DNA from: a virus
Taxonomy: Duplodnaviria; Heunggongvirae; Uroviricota; Caudoviricetes
Reading direction: 5' to 3' (one strand)
IMG/VR virus record: IMGVR_UViG_3300021255_000139
DNA length: 53,083 nucleotides
Numbering within the stretch: position 1 is the first letter of the stretch; each line of letters opens with the position of its first letter. Made by a program: the position numbers and the translations under genes. Below the pieces are notes generated by a model, which made no database searches, was not told the origin of the DNA, and was given only the letters and a program-made list of their open reading frames with translations. Of this stretch, positions 39,910-48,554 are shown piece by piece.

Positions 39910-40902
39910 TTATAAATCTTCAACAAATTCATCGAACTGCAAATATTCATCAAATTCAATTCCAGTGCAATCCATAGCACTTACCCAAAGCCCTTCGGTT
40001 TCTTCCTCATGGATATTATAATAATTCACAAGGTATTCTCTCGAACTAAGGTTATTTTCAAAGTATAATATAGCACGTTTAAAATGAATCATCTGATTAG
40101 TTACTTCTGCATGATCCAAGTCCTTATCTAATAATAAAGCCTGAAACAAGAAGTAAGCAAAAATGAAGTTGTTGCAATATTCGTCAATAATCAAATCTCT
40201 GATTTCTGTATCTTTAAATCTATCGGCTACATATTGTTTGTATTCCAAGTGAGATTTGACACAATAATCAGCCCAATTCCGAATCGCATGAGACTGACCA
40301 AAATCAATGTCGTGATATACTTGATATACTGGATAATCAAAATGTTTTATACAGTGTTCAAGATTATCGCACTTTATCTGTTTGAGGATGATATCATTAA
40401 AATATTCATCTTCCGAAAGAGTTAATTCATCGTGCGGAAACAATTCACGATCCAAAAGATATTTGCGATTATAGAAATTTCCACCACATGAATTATCCAT
40501 GTAACCAATGTTTTCTGATACAAAACTTCCACTCTCAAAATACATTGTTTTCGTGTGGAGTAGAAGAGTATCGTCATCTATCTGTTTATCTATATAGTAA
40601 AATGAAGTAGGAGTCACACAATCATCTGCATCTACAAATGTGACAAAATCGCCACTTGATAGAAATAGACCAGTTTTTCTTGCTAACCCCGGATTGTGCA
40701 AACCATCGCTCGACCAGATAGAAAGCTGTGGGAGAATATCATAAAACTCTTTTGCTTTTTCTACTGTTTTATCAGTGCTGTGGTCATCAATCAACTGTAC
40801 TTCATAAATAAAGTCTTTATTCGCAACCAAAGAAGATAATGTTCTTTGTATTGTTTTCTCAGCATTATAAGCTGGAATAATAACAGAAATTTTATTGTTC
40901 AT
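39910..40902 (-). CDS. Glycosyltransferase family 2
   Basis: ISVIIPAYNAE, IDDHSTD, GLARKTGL, FVDADD, SED motifs. Confidence 0.92.
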   Translation of the reverse strand: MNNKISVIIPAYNAEKTIQRTLSSLVANKDFIYEVQLIDDHSTDKTVEKAKEFYDILPQLSIWSSDGLHNPGLARKTGLFLSSGDFVTFVDADDCVTPTSFYYIDKQIDDDTLLLHTKTMYFESGSFVSENIGYMDNSCGGNFYNRKYLLDRELFPHDELTLSEDEYFNDIILKQIKCDNLEHCIKHFDYPVYQVYHDIDFGQSHAIRNWADYCVKSHLEYKQYVADRFKDTEIRDLIIDEYCNNFIFAYFLFQALLLDKDLDHAEVTNQMIHFKRAILYFENNLSSREYLVNYYNIHEEETEGLWVSAMDCTGIEFDEYLQFDEFVEDL

Positions 40903-40926
40903 TCTTTCTTCCTAAAAACTTTTTAA

Positions 40927-41010
40927 TAGCGGTAGTGGGATTTGAACCCACACGCTTCTACAAGCATCGGATTTTAAGTCCGATTCGTCTGCCAGTTCCG
41001 TCATACCGCC
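40927..41010 (-). tRNA. tRNA-Leu(TAA)
   Basis: Cloverleaf with long variable arm; loop CT-TAA-AA. Confidence 0.93.
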
Positions 41011-41014
41011 TTAA

Positions 41015-41087
41015 TCGGAGCGACACGGCTCGAACGTGCGACATCGTGATCCCAAATCACGCATTCTACCAACTGAATTACGCCCCG
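41015..41087 (-). tRNA. tRNA-Pro(TGG)
   Basis: Cloverleaf; loop TT-TGG-GA. Confidence 0.93.
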
Positions 41088-41091
41088 TAAG

Positions 41092-41165
41092 CTGGGGTAG
41101 TTGGACTCGAACCAACAAATGCAGGAGTCAAAGTCCTGTGCCTTAACCACTTTGGCGATACCCCA
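41092..41165 (-). tRNA. tRNA-Gln(TTG)
   Basis: Cloverleaf; loop CT-TTG-AC. Confidence 0.93.
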
Positions 41166-41182
41166 AAGTATTTAATTGTAAG

Positions 41183-41254
41183 CTGCTACGGTAGGGATCG
41201 AACCTACGACATCCCGGTTAACAGCCGGACGTTCTGCCTCTGAACTACGTAGCA
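41183..41254 (-). tRNA. tRNA-Asn(GTT)
   Basis: Cloverleaf; loop CT-GTT-AA. Confidence 0.93.
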
Positions 41255-41260
41255 ATGTTT

Positions 41261-41361
41261 CAAGTCGCAGAATCTCGGAGGAAAACATGAGCAAAACAGA
41301 ACCAACACAATTTGTAAAATAATCTTTTAAGATGTTTTATAATCGTTGCTGCGTGCGACTT
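41261..41361 (-). ncRNA. CAGCAA-stem motif, copy 1
   Basis: AAGTCGCA-CG-CAGCAA...TGCGACTT-G. Confidence 0.6.
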
Positions 41362-41404
41362 TCTACATTTTGGAAACGGGTTTAACGTCTCCGTTCAGAC
41401 ATTT

Positions 41405-41506
41405 CAAGACTCTTATTGAAGTATTCCATGCCCGGACGCACAGAACTGTAAATATTTGATCGCATACAATATCAAAGAATTTTCTTCAATTTGCTGTTAG
41501 AGTCTT
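41405..41506 (-). ncRNA. CAGCAA-stem motif, copy 2
   Basis: AAGACTCT-AA-CAGCAA...AGAGTCTT-G. Confidence 0.6.
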
Positions 41507-41510
41507 TACA

Positions 41511-41634
41511 CGAGACACCATACGTATTTCAATCAATCGAGGGAAACGAAAGATTGCAGTGAAATTTTGTAGTTTAGCATTAAAACATAATAATTTCTTG
41601 TTCATCCTTAAAGAATAATTGCTGTTAATGTCTC
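41511..41634 (-). ncRNA. CAGCAA-stem motif, copy 3
   Basis: GAGACATT-AA-CAGCAA...GGTGTCTC-G (two U-G pairs). Confidence 0.6.
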
Positions 41635-41638
41635 TAAA

Positions 41639-41711
41639 AGCCGATGACAGGAATTGAACCTGCAACTTGCTGATTACAAATCAGCTACTCTACCTATTGA
41701 GTTACATCGGC
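41639..41711 (-). tRNA. tRNA-Thr(TGT)
   Basis: Cloverleaf; loop TT-TGT-AA. Confidence 0.93.
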
Positions 41712-41715
41712 AAAA

Positions 41716-41804
41716 CGGAGTATATTGGATTTGAACCAATACGCCGATTGCTCGGTTACTCACAGTTTAGCAAACTGCTCCCTTACCATTAGGGTTAATA
41801 CTCC
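41716..41804 (-). tRNA. tRNA-Ser(GCT)
   Basis: Cloverleaf with long variable arm; loop TT-GCT-AA. Confidence 0.92.
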
Positions 41805-41807
41805 ATA

Positions 41808-41878
41808 AGACCGTAATCCGAATCGAACGGATAATCATGGAGTTGCAGTCCACCGCATTACCATTGTGCTATACGGTC
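41808..41878 (-). tRNA. tRNA-Cys(GCA)
   Basis: Cloverleaf; loop CT-GCA-AC; U discriminator. Confidence 0.92.
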
Positions 41879-41882
41879 AGAG

Positions 41883-41975
41883 CGGCAGCGGAGCGACTCG
41901 AACGCCCATGCCGGGTACAAAGCCGACACAATGGTTTTCAAGACCATGCCCTTATAGCCATTTGGGTACGCTGCC
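41883..41975 (-). tRNA. tRNA-Ser(TGA)
   Basis: Cloverleaf with long variable arm; loop CT-TGA-AA. Confidence 0.9.
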
Positions 41976-42046
41976 ATATAATACTGTGCCTCGAAGAAGG
42001 CTGTTAAGAATCATGCTTCGATATTTGGACAGTATTTTTTTATTGG

Positions 42047-42148
42047 CAAGACACATTGATGATATTCGGATTTGAACCGAAATTGTAACATTATAAGTGT
42101 TATGACTTAACCATTTGTCTATATCAAATAATTTGCTGTCTGTGTCTT
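42047..42148 (-). ncRNA. CAGCAA-stem motif, copy 4, enclosing a degenerate tRNA (anticodon TAT)
   Basis: AAGACACA-GA-CAGCAA...TGTGTCTT-G. Interior has a D arm GAC..GTC, anticodon arm TAACA-CTTATAA-TGTTA, T arm TTCGG-TTCAAAT-CCGAA and a 5-bp acceptor stem. Confidence 0.7.
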
Positions 42149-42323
42149 TTTATAATTATCAGGAAACCACTTAAACCTGACCATGTACATAAAACTAACT
42201 TTTTATACACATCTGAACTTTCCACTATCGTATGACTTACAAATACGAGTTAGCATAAATGTAAGTGAGTGACGATCAGTATCACGGAAAGAACTGCGCT
42301 CTTTTTTAGTTTAATTAAACCAG

Positions 42324-42409
42324 TGGGCGAAGAGGGAGTCGAACCCACTCGATCCACATAGGGCAGGAGATTTACAGTCTCCCCCATCTCCGTAGTGGTT
42401 TACTCGCCC
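42324..42409 (-). tRNA. tRNA-Tyr(GTA)
   Basis: Cloverleaf with long variable arm; loop CT-GTA-AA; some stem mismatches. Confidence 0.85.
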
Positions 42410-42413
42410 ATAA

Positions 42414-42487
42414 CAGGAGCAGTAGGACTTGAACCCACGTCTGATTGCTTTGGAGGCAACGATGCTATCCCATTACACCATACTCCT
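42414..42487 (-). tRNA. tRNA-Trp(CCA)
   Basis: Cloverleaf; loop CT-CCA-AA. Confidence 0.9.
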
Positions 42488-42493
42488 ATAAAA

Positions 42494-42565
42494 TAGGAGG
42501 TACGGGAATCGAACCCGTGTCTCTGCCGTGAAAGGGCAGCGTCTTTTCCACTTGACTAACCTCCC
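42494..42565 (-). tRNA. tRNA-Glu(TTC)
   Basis: Cloverleaf; loop CT-TTC-AC. Confidence 0.92.
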
Positions 42566-42570
42566 AAAAT

Positions 42571-42630
42571 CAAGACTCAATTTCTTACCCAATAACCAAA
42601 GATATATTTACTTATTGCTGTTTGAGTCTT
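42571..42630 (-). ncRNA. CAGCAA-stem motif, copy 5 (shortest)
   Basis: AAGACTCA-AA-CAGCAA...TGAGTCTT-G. Confidence 0.6.
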
Positions 42631-42699
42631 ATATATTAAGTGGCGAAACTGCATATCTGCTAATCTCACCACCTAACTAACAGAAAGATTTCAAGACAG

Positions 42700-42772
42700 T
42701 TGCGGAGGACGGATTTGAACCGCCGTTCCCTTGCTTATGAGGCAAGTGAGATGACCGCTTCTCTACTCCGCA
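42700..42772 (-). tRNA. tRNA with CAT anticodon (Met, initiator-like body)
   Basis: Cloverleaf; loop CT-CAT-AA. Confidence 0.9.
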
Positions 42773-42808
42773 ATGTATTTATATATTCATCAAAAAATAA
42801 TGAATAAA

Positions 42809-42880
42809 TAGGCGATAGGAGAGTTGAACTCCTGTTAATGGTTTATAAGACCATCGTTCTCACCGTTGAACTAATCGCCA
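42809..42880 (-). tRNA. tRNA-Ile(TAT)
   Basis: Cloverleaf; ATGGT-CTTATAA-ACCAT; T1:T72 mismatch. Confidence 0.85.
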
Positions 42881-42910
42881 CTGTCAATGTACTTTATCCT
42901 TACATTGAAC

Positions 42911-42938
42911 AGTATAACACATTTCGGAAATTTGTCAA
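42911..42938 (-). promoter_or_regulatory. Sigma-A promoter for the tRNA array
   Basis: TTGACA, 16 bp spacer, TATACT with extended TG, about 30 bp upstream of the first tRNA. Confidence 0.75.
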
Positions 42939-42967
42939 TAGGTAAAGAGAAAATATTTATATATTTA

Positions 42968-43387
42968 TCAAGTGAAATTCGCAACCAAAAAAGGAATATC
43001 TTCTTCGATAACACTTACAATGATATCATCACTAATTATCGAAACCGGGAGAATAGCATACTTAGCTTCATGTTTAAAAATAATCCCGTTATTCCAAGCG
43101 GATTGAATACTTAATTCATAATTATCGTTTAATTCCAGAACATAATCATCTTTTTCATTTTGGTCGAACCAAACAGCAGTTACATCAATAGAGCCAATCT
43201 TAATAAAATTATACTGAGGATCAGTAAACAGTTTCTTCAAAATATCCATCATGAGGTGCGAGTTTCCGAATAACTTCACTGATTCCAGTTCTTCATTTTC
43301 GATCTCGTTCACCGCATGAATTGCACACCATATCAATTCGTCTACAGTGGCAAAATTCTCATTTGTTACTAAATCTATCATAATCAA
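42968..43387 (-). CDS. Acidic hypothetical protein
   Basis: 139 aa, overlaps the upstream stop. Confidence 0.7.
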   Translation of the reverse strand: MIMIDLVTNENFATVDELIWCAIHAVNEIENEELESVKLFGNSHLMMDILKKLFTDPQYNFIKIGSIDVTAVWFDQNEKDDYVLELNDNYELSIQSAWNNGIIFKHEAKYAILPVSIISDDIIVSVIEEDIPFLVANFT

Positions 43388-44619
43388 TTCAAGACAAATG
43401 TGTGTTCATCTGTCTTACCTTTGCCTTTCTCAAAAATAACAAAGGAAGATGTGGCATCTGCAGCTTTACGGAGTGAAAGAGTATAATCATCTATCCCCAC
43501 GATTGATCCTACTCCAATTACCCCACGTTTAACACCGCAGTTGACGTATTCTGAATGATGTTTGTGTCCTGCGATCAAGTAATCTATCTTAGTGTCATAA
43601 ACATCCGAATATTCTTGAATAGCAGTAGCTAAATTCTTAACTTCGCCGTGAATCCCCATCACATTATATCCAGCCACTTCTGTAAAAATAAATCCAGACT
43701 TATTCTCGATATACTTGAAGTTAGGATTATCTGCATTGATTAACCGTATGATGTTCCCGGTAATCATTTCTATGTTTTCGTGTCGGTGCTGGTTTTTCTT
43801 ACCGTCAAGGAGTCTAAGTTCTCCGTGATTTCCGCACGTCTGATAATATTCAATGTCAAACTCGTTGGATAAAGTTTGCAACCATTTCCCCATATATTCG
43901 CCAAATTTGATAGCTGACTCTACGACACCATAACGGAGAGTCCAAATCTGTGAATTACGCAAAAATCCATCGAGAGAATCACCAAGATTGAAAACTTTGA
44001 AACTTTCGATCTTTTCTTTATGTGCATACTCAACCACTTCATTAAGCAATTCATTCATGCGCATATAGAAAATTTCTGGACTATATGAATTTATTACTTC
44101 ATTGTTCAAACCATATACTGAAAAGTCTTTGCCAAAATGACAATCTGCGATATTTAGTATTCCGCTGCGTGACTGTTTCGGAAAGTATGGCAGTATCTCT
44201 GGCTGCTCAATCTGTCCAAGATTGTTTTCGATTGCCTGAATGACCTTTTCCTCGAACAAGTCATCTCGTGCATCTTCTCTCAGCCAGCGATTATATTCTA
44301 ACTTCTCTGTTTCCAATTTGCGTCTTTCTTTTATCAACTCACGCTTCTTAGCATCCAACTCTTTCAAATATGCTTCACTATCATCTTGGTTGTTAGAAAC
44401 AATCTTGTCTTTAAAATACTGCATTACTTTGTAACCTGAATAATCGGTCACAGCAGCGGCTTTTCGCAAACTATCTTTATGACAATCCAGATCAAGCAAC
44501 TCGACAATATCAGACCAATCTAAATCATCTGGCTTTTCTTCGATTTTGATAGAGATAAGCCGTAGACCGTATTCATAGTCTGTTTCGCTATCGAGTTTAT
44601 TATATTTTGGATTTATCAT
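43384..44619 (-). CDS. Calcineurin-like metallophosphoesterase (SPbeta YonJ-like position)
   Basis: Motifs ADCHFG, LGDSLDG, GNHG, IHG, GHKH. Confidence 0.88.
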   Translation of the reverse strand: MINPKYNKLDSETDYEYGLRLISIKIEEKPDDLDWSDIVELLDLDCHKDSLRKAAAVTDYSGYKVMQYFKDKIVSNNQDDSEAYLKELDAKKRELIKERRKLETEKLEYNRWLREDARDDLFEEKVIQAIENNLGQIEQPEILPYFPKQSRSGILNIADCHFGKDFSVYGLNNEVINSYSPEIFYMRMNELLNEVVEYAHKEKIESFKVFNLGDSLDGFLRNSQIWTLRYGVVESAIKFGEYMGKWLQTLSNEFDIEYYQTCGNHGELRLLDGKKNQHRHENIEMITGNIIRLINADNPNFKYIENKSGFIFTEVAGYNVMGIHGEVKNLATAIQEYSDVYDTKIDYLIAGHKHHSEYVNCGVKRGVIGVGSIVGIDDYTLSLRKAADATSSFVIFEKGKGKTDEHTFVLN

Positions 44620-44716
44620 AGTTCACTTCCTTTGCCTAAATTCAAAACTATTTGGGATTTAAAAGCAGAATCCAGATTCCCCTTTATATCCCTCTTCCAT
44701 AATAGGTACACAAACG

Positions 44717-44760
44717 AAAAAATCCCAATAATTACATAAAAACGTAACTATTGAGATTTT
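44717..44760 (-). terminator. Intrinsic terminator ending the RNA polymerase operon
   Basis: AAAATCTCAATAGTTAC/GTAATTATTGGGATTTT stem followed by T tract. Confidence 0.65.
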
Positions 44761-44766
44761 AAACTT

Positions 44767-45726
44767 TTAAACCGCTTCGTTAATTTTCTTATTATTATGC
44801 TTTTGAACTCTTAATAAAGTATCATGTTTGACCTTTATTTTTTGACATTCTTCGCATCTTACCTTGTTTTTATCATTTGCAGAAACTGAAAACTCTTTTC
44901 CACAATCTACACATTTTCCAAATCGCAACCCTTTTTTATTATAACCACGATGTCTATAACAATATTGGCGATTACCTTTTACTCCTTGCCTAAAAAGACA
45001 ACCACAATATTTACAAATCCCTATTTTCTGTTCTAAGAATATTCTCTCATAATGCAAATCAATATGATCATAATCAAAAATCCATTCAATAACATCATCT
45101 GGATTCTGGTCAATATCGACAATCTTCACAAAGAATAAATCCTTTGTTACAGTCCGACCAAAATAATCATTCTGATACAGATAATACATAGACTTCTTCT
45201 TGACTTCGTTCTTGTTTTTAACTTTTGCTACTTTCATAACATCTTCATAAGACATACGAACAAAGAACATTGTATTTTCGTCTATTGGCATATCGACCAT
45301 TGATACGTTATTGAACCTAAAATACTTTGATTCAACCAGCATGACAAATATAATCCGGCGATAATCATCATTTTCAATCTCTAAAAGTTTCTCATACTCG
45401 TTGCGAGTAATCGGTATCTTCTTTGGAATCAGCAATTTTCTATCCCTTGTGTTAGCGATTGCTGCATCTATTTCCACATAATTATTTGTATAGTTAAACT
45501 CTGAATAATGTTTTGAGGCAAAATCTATCAATGCACTCTCAATGTATTTTTCAATATCTTGTAATTCTTCATCGGTGACAGTCAAATAGTCTTTTCCAAT
45601 TTCTTGAAGTTTGTTATACTTGAGCCACCTTGCGTATATGCTAAGTTCGCCTATTCCATATGCATTTACAAAACTTTGTGTATCGTGCATTCTTTCGGCA
45701 AACGACTTTTCATCAAATAAAATCAA
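44767..45726 (-). CDS. Hypothetical protein with C-terminal tandem zinc fingers, coupled to the RNA polymerase gene
   Basis: TTGA overlap with the polymerase stop; CKYC..CYRH and CVDC..CEEC. Confidence 0.8.
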   Translation of the reverse strand: MILFDEKSFAERMHDTQSFVNAYGIGELSIYARWLKYNKLQEIGKDYLTVTDEELQDIEKYIESALIDFASKHYSEFNYTNNYVEIDAAIANTRDRKLLIPKKIPITRNEYEKLLEIENDDYRRIIFVMLVESKYFRFNNVSMVDMPIDENTMFFVRMSYEDVMKVAKVKNKNEVKKKSMYYLYQNDYFGRTVTKDLFFVKIVDIDQNPDDVIEWIFDYDHIDLHYERIFLEQKIGICKYCGCLFRQGVKGNRQYCYRHRGYNKKGLRFGKCVDCGKEFSVSANDKNKVRCEECQKIKVKHDTLLRVQKHNNKKINEAV

Positions 45727-48554
45727 ATCTGTACCTCTAACAAACTGTATTTCTTACCCAAGTATGGGATAGTTCCGTTTTTATCGTCCAAATAAGGAAC
45801 AGTTATAGTTCCAGCGGATTTTTCTCTCAAATTCTCAACAATCTGGTTTCCAAATAAATCCCATACAAACGCTTTTGGTCTGCTCCTAAATCTTATATAA
45901 CAACAATGAATTGCCAAATCCACAATGTACTTAATATCTCCATCTATGTTCTGAATGATCTCTTTCCGTAACATCGAACAAAACTGATCAAACGAGGTGG
46001 CAGAAATTCGAGACTGTTTATCCCCACCATTTGTCGAGTCAATACTTTGTGCAAATTTTTGTTTCTTTAACTTTGCTTTACGATAGCGTGTGAAGAAATC
46101 ATCCATCATCTCAATATCAGAATCTCTGAATTGAGTATCTGGGTCATGCTGCATCTGACGTATTAACAAAACACTGGTGCGAGTATTGGTGCGAATATGA
46201 GTCAAAGACTTTTCCATGTAGTGACAAATTTTATTCATTCTGCCGTTGTAGTCAATGAGCGGAGAAAAACGATAGTAGTTATCAACAAACTCTTTTTCTT
46301 TTGGCTGCAAATTTGCATAATCGGATTTTAACAGTTCGTCTAATCCCTTTTCAAAGATACAGAATGCATCGTGTTCTTTTTGTTTACGATAAGCCTGATA
46401 CTCTGCATTTGATTTTGAATACAAATAGCGGAAAAAGTAAGGTTTTTTATCTGCTACAATGGAGTTGCAAAAATCCCACATATCGTCCGATTCATTATCT
46501 GGGCATTCTTTTGTATACCGTGTCCAGTGCTTCGGCATCGGTTCAATCTTTATGCCTTTTGCTTTATCAATCGAATCTCCTTGCGATTTGCGAATCAACT
46601 TCAATCGTTCGAGAATTTCAGCTTGTTCACGTTCATATTCCGGGCGATCCTCAAATTTCGACAGCAGTTCATAGAATGAGGTCGAGATATTTGTAATCTG
46701 CCCGATAGTCGAATTAAACGACTGAATGTCAGCCTGATACAATTCTTCTTCCTTGATGAACTCTTTCTCAACGGTTGACTTTGAATAAGTGATAGGTAAA
46801 TTGTCATATCGGCAGCGGAGAAATACTTCATTGTCGGTGCTGGCTACGATATCGCCATCGAAGTCTGAATCTGCATGAATCATACAGTCACATCCCCAAA
46901 CATTGTAAACTATCCCGGACGTAAGATAAGTAAACCATTTATCTGTCAGTTCATTGTTTACAAGATTCAACTTATTAACTTCGCTTCTCCAAGTCAAAGG
47001 CGATCTCATTGCAACTACATCTTTCTTCCCACGTTTATTCCAGAAGTTTGAGTAATGTTCAAATTCCTTCAAAGCCCCGGTAACTTCCATTCCGAAAGCG
47101 TGTTGCATAAAAGCATACATATCCGGGATCATCACACTGAAATTTCCATTTAGTATTAATTTGCCGAGATATGACTCTCTGATTTTCTTGTTGATGCTAT
47201 ACGTGATAGTAGACTTGATATATTCTTCGTTTATCATGTCTGGATTCAACAACAATGCTTTTGCTATATTGTCACTTGTCAAGTTCATAATGTTCGAGAA
47301 ATCCGTATCTGGATTATCGCACAGCTTTCCAAGAAGATAGAGCAGAGTATAATTCACATCATTATTCGCAACACCATTCAACCAATCAACAGTAGGTTGG
47401 CACAATTCTTCGACATCTTCCTCTTTTCTTAAATCAATCGCCTGACAGAACTGATAATTGGAGCGGAAAAAATTGTCATCATACTTTGGTGTGAGTTTTG
47501 TAACTCCCCACAAAAAATGATTTTCCTTGCATAATCTGTCATAGTCCTCGATTGAATCATAGGCATTATAAAGTTTGAACTGCGACTTTGTAAGAATAAT
47601 ATCTATGTCCTCTATCTTTTGACTGTTACCGTACAAATCATTCACATGATGGATGTTGTTCTCTTGTGCGAACTTTTTAAAGTCAATCACAAAAACCATT
47701 CCCTTGACATAAGCGCAACGAACACAAAAAGCGGATGGAATATAATCAATGTCAAGTTCTGCTGCAACCCTCTGTGCAAATTCTACGGAAACCGCACCGC
47801 AACCATCAAAGAAATTAAACTCCAATTCTTTTTTGGTCGTAATAACTCGTTCGTTGTTAGATAGTGGCGATTTTTCATCTTGTGGAATTTTCTCAATCCA
47901 ATCAACGTCTTTCTCCATAGTTCGTTCGCAGTCATTGATCAGCAGAACATTCGGCTTTGGTATTAAGTAAGTGGAAGATGAAGAGAGTGCGAAATATGCA
48001 TTATACTTATTCTTTGTTATTTTAACTTCTTTCGCACCGCACTTTAACCGCCTCTTGACTTCCGCTTCAAAATCCTCCCGAATTAAGATGACTGTATTAA
48101 CTCGTGCTTGTCCTGCACTGCACATTAATCTTACATAACGATAACCATTGATGTATAATCCATCTTTTATGATTTTCTTATAGTGATTGATATTGTTAAT
48201 AACTACAGAAACGTATTCTGGCATAAATAGCATATCATCAATTTTTCCGTTGATTATTGATATCTGCCTTTTGACTTCATCTGTGAATTGCTGTTTTTTT
48301 AGTTTTCGTTTTTCCTCATACAGTTTTTCGAGTTCTGCAGGATCATATTGTGGGAGATTTGGATTTCTCTCATAGCGTACTTCCCGGATAGTTCGTAAAG
48401 CCTGATTATCTCCGAGTGCGATTAACTCATGATTTTTTCGCACATCATTCGCATTCATGCCGGAACTACCTCTAACTCTTTTCAAGCGATAGCCGAATTT
48501 CTCCAGCATATCGCTTGTGAGTTTCATAATGTAAAACTGTTGTAACTTCTTCAT
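45723..48554 (-). CDS. yonO: YonO-like single-subunit two-barrel (RdRP-like) DNA-dependent RNA polymerase
   Basis: Catalytic DSDFDGD, plus FFDGCG, VKGMV, KSQFK and MRSP motifs; 943 aa; upstream of the late operon as in SPbeta. Confidence 0.9.
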   Translation of the reverse strand: MKKLQQFYIMKLTSDMLEKFGYRLKRVRGSSGMNANDVRKNHELIALGDNQALRTIREVRYERNPNLPQYDPAELEKLYEEKRKLKKQQFTDEVKRQISIINGKIDDMLFMPEYVSVVINNINHYKKIIKDGLYINGYRYVRLMCSAGQARVNTVILIREDFEAEVKRRLKCGAKEVKITKNKYNAYFALSSSSTYLIPKPNVLLINDCERTMEKDVDWIEKIPQDEKSPLSNNERVITTKKELEFNFFDGCGAVSVEFAQRVAAELDIDYIPSAFCVRCAYVKGMVFVIDFKKFAQENNIHHVNDLYGNSQKIEDIDIILTKSQFKLYNAYDSIEDYDRLCKENHFLWGVTKLTPKYDDNFFRSNYQFCQAIDLRKEEDVEELCQPTVDWLNGVANNDVNYTLLYLLGKLCDNPDTDFSNIMNLTSDNIAKALLLNPDMINEEYIKSTITYSINKKIRESYLGKLILNGNFSVMIPDMYAFMQHAFGMEVTGALKEFEHYSNFWNKRGKKDVVAMRSPLTWRSEVNKLNLVNNELTDKWFTYLTSGIVYNVWGCDCMIHADSDFDGDIVASTDNEVFLRCRYDNLPITYSKSTVEKEFIKEEELYQADIQSFNSTIGQITNISTSFYELLSKFEDRPEYEREQAEILERLKLIRKSQGDSIDKAKGIKIEPMPKHWTRYTKECPDNESDDMWDFCNSIVADKKPYFFRYLYSKSNAEYQAYRKQKEHDAFCIFEKGLDELLKSDYANLQPKEKEFVDNYYRFSPLIDYNGRMNKICHYMEKSLTHIRTNTRTSVLLIRQMQHDPDTQFRDSDIEMMDDFFTRYRKAKLKKQKFAQSIDSTNGGDKQSRISATSFDQFCSMLRKEIIQNIDGDIKYIVDLAIHCCYIRFRSRPKAFVWDLFGNQIVENLREKSAGTITVPYLDDKNGTIPYLGKKYSLLEVQI

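Noticed and set aside
41261..42630. CAGCAA motif copies as a CRISPR mini-array or as terminators
   Set aside because: Stem sequences covary rather than repeat, interiors vary widely in length, and there are no U tracts on the sense strand
42692..42699. Sixth CAGCAA-stem copy (CAAGACAG next to the CAT tRNA)
   Set aside because: No partner strand and no CAGCAA found
39780..42900. tRNA-associated HDV-like (theta) or hammerhead ribozymes
   Set aside because: tRNA trailers are short or AT-rich and I found no matching catalytic core by eye; a covariance search would be needed to exclude them
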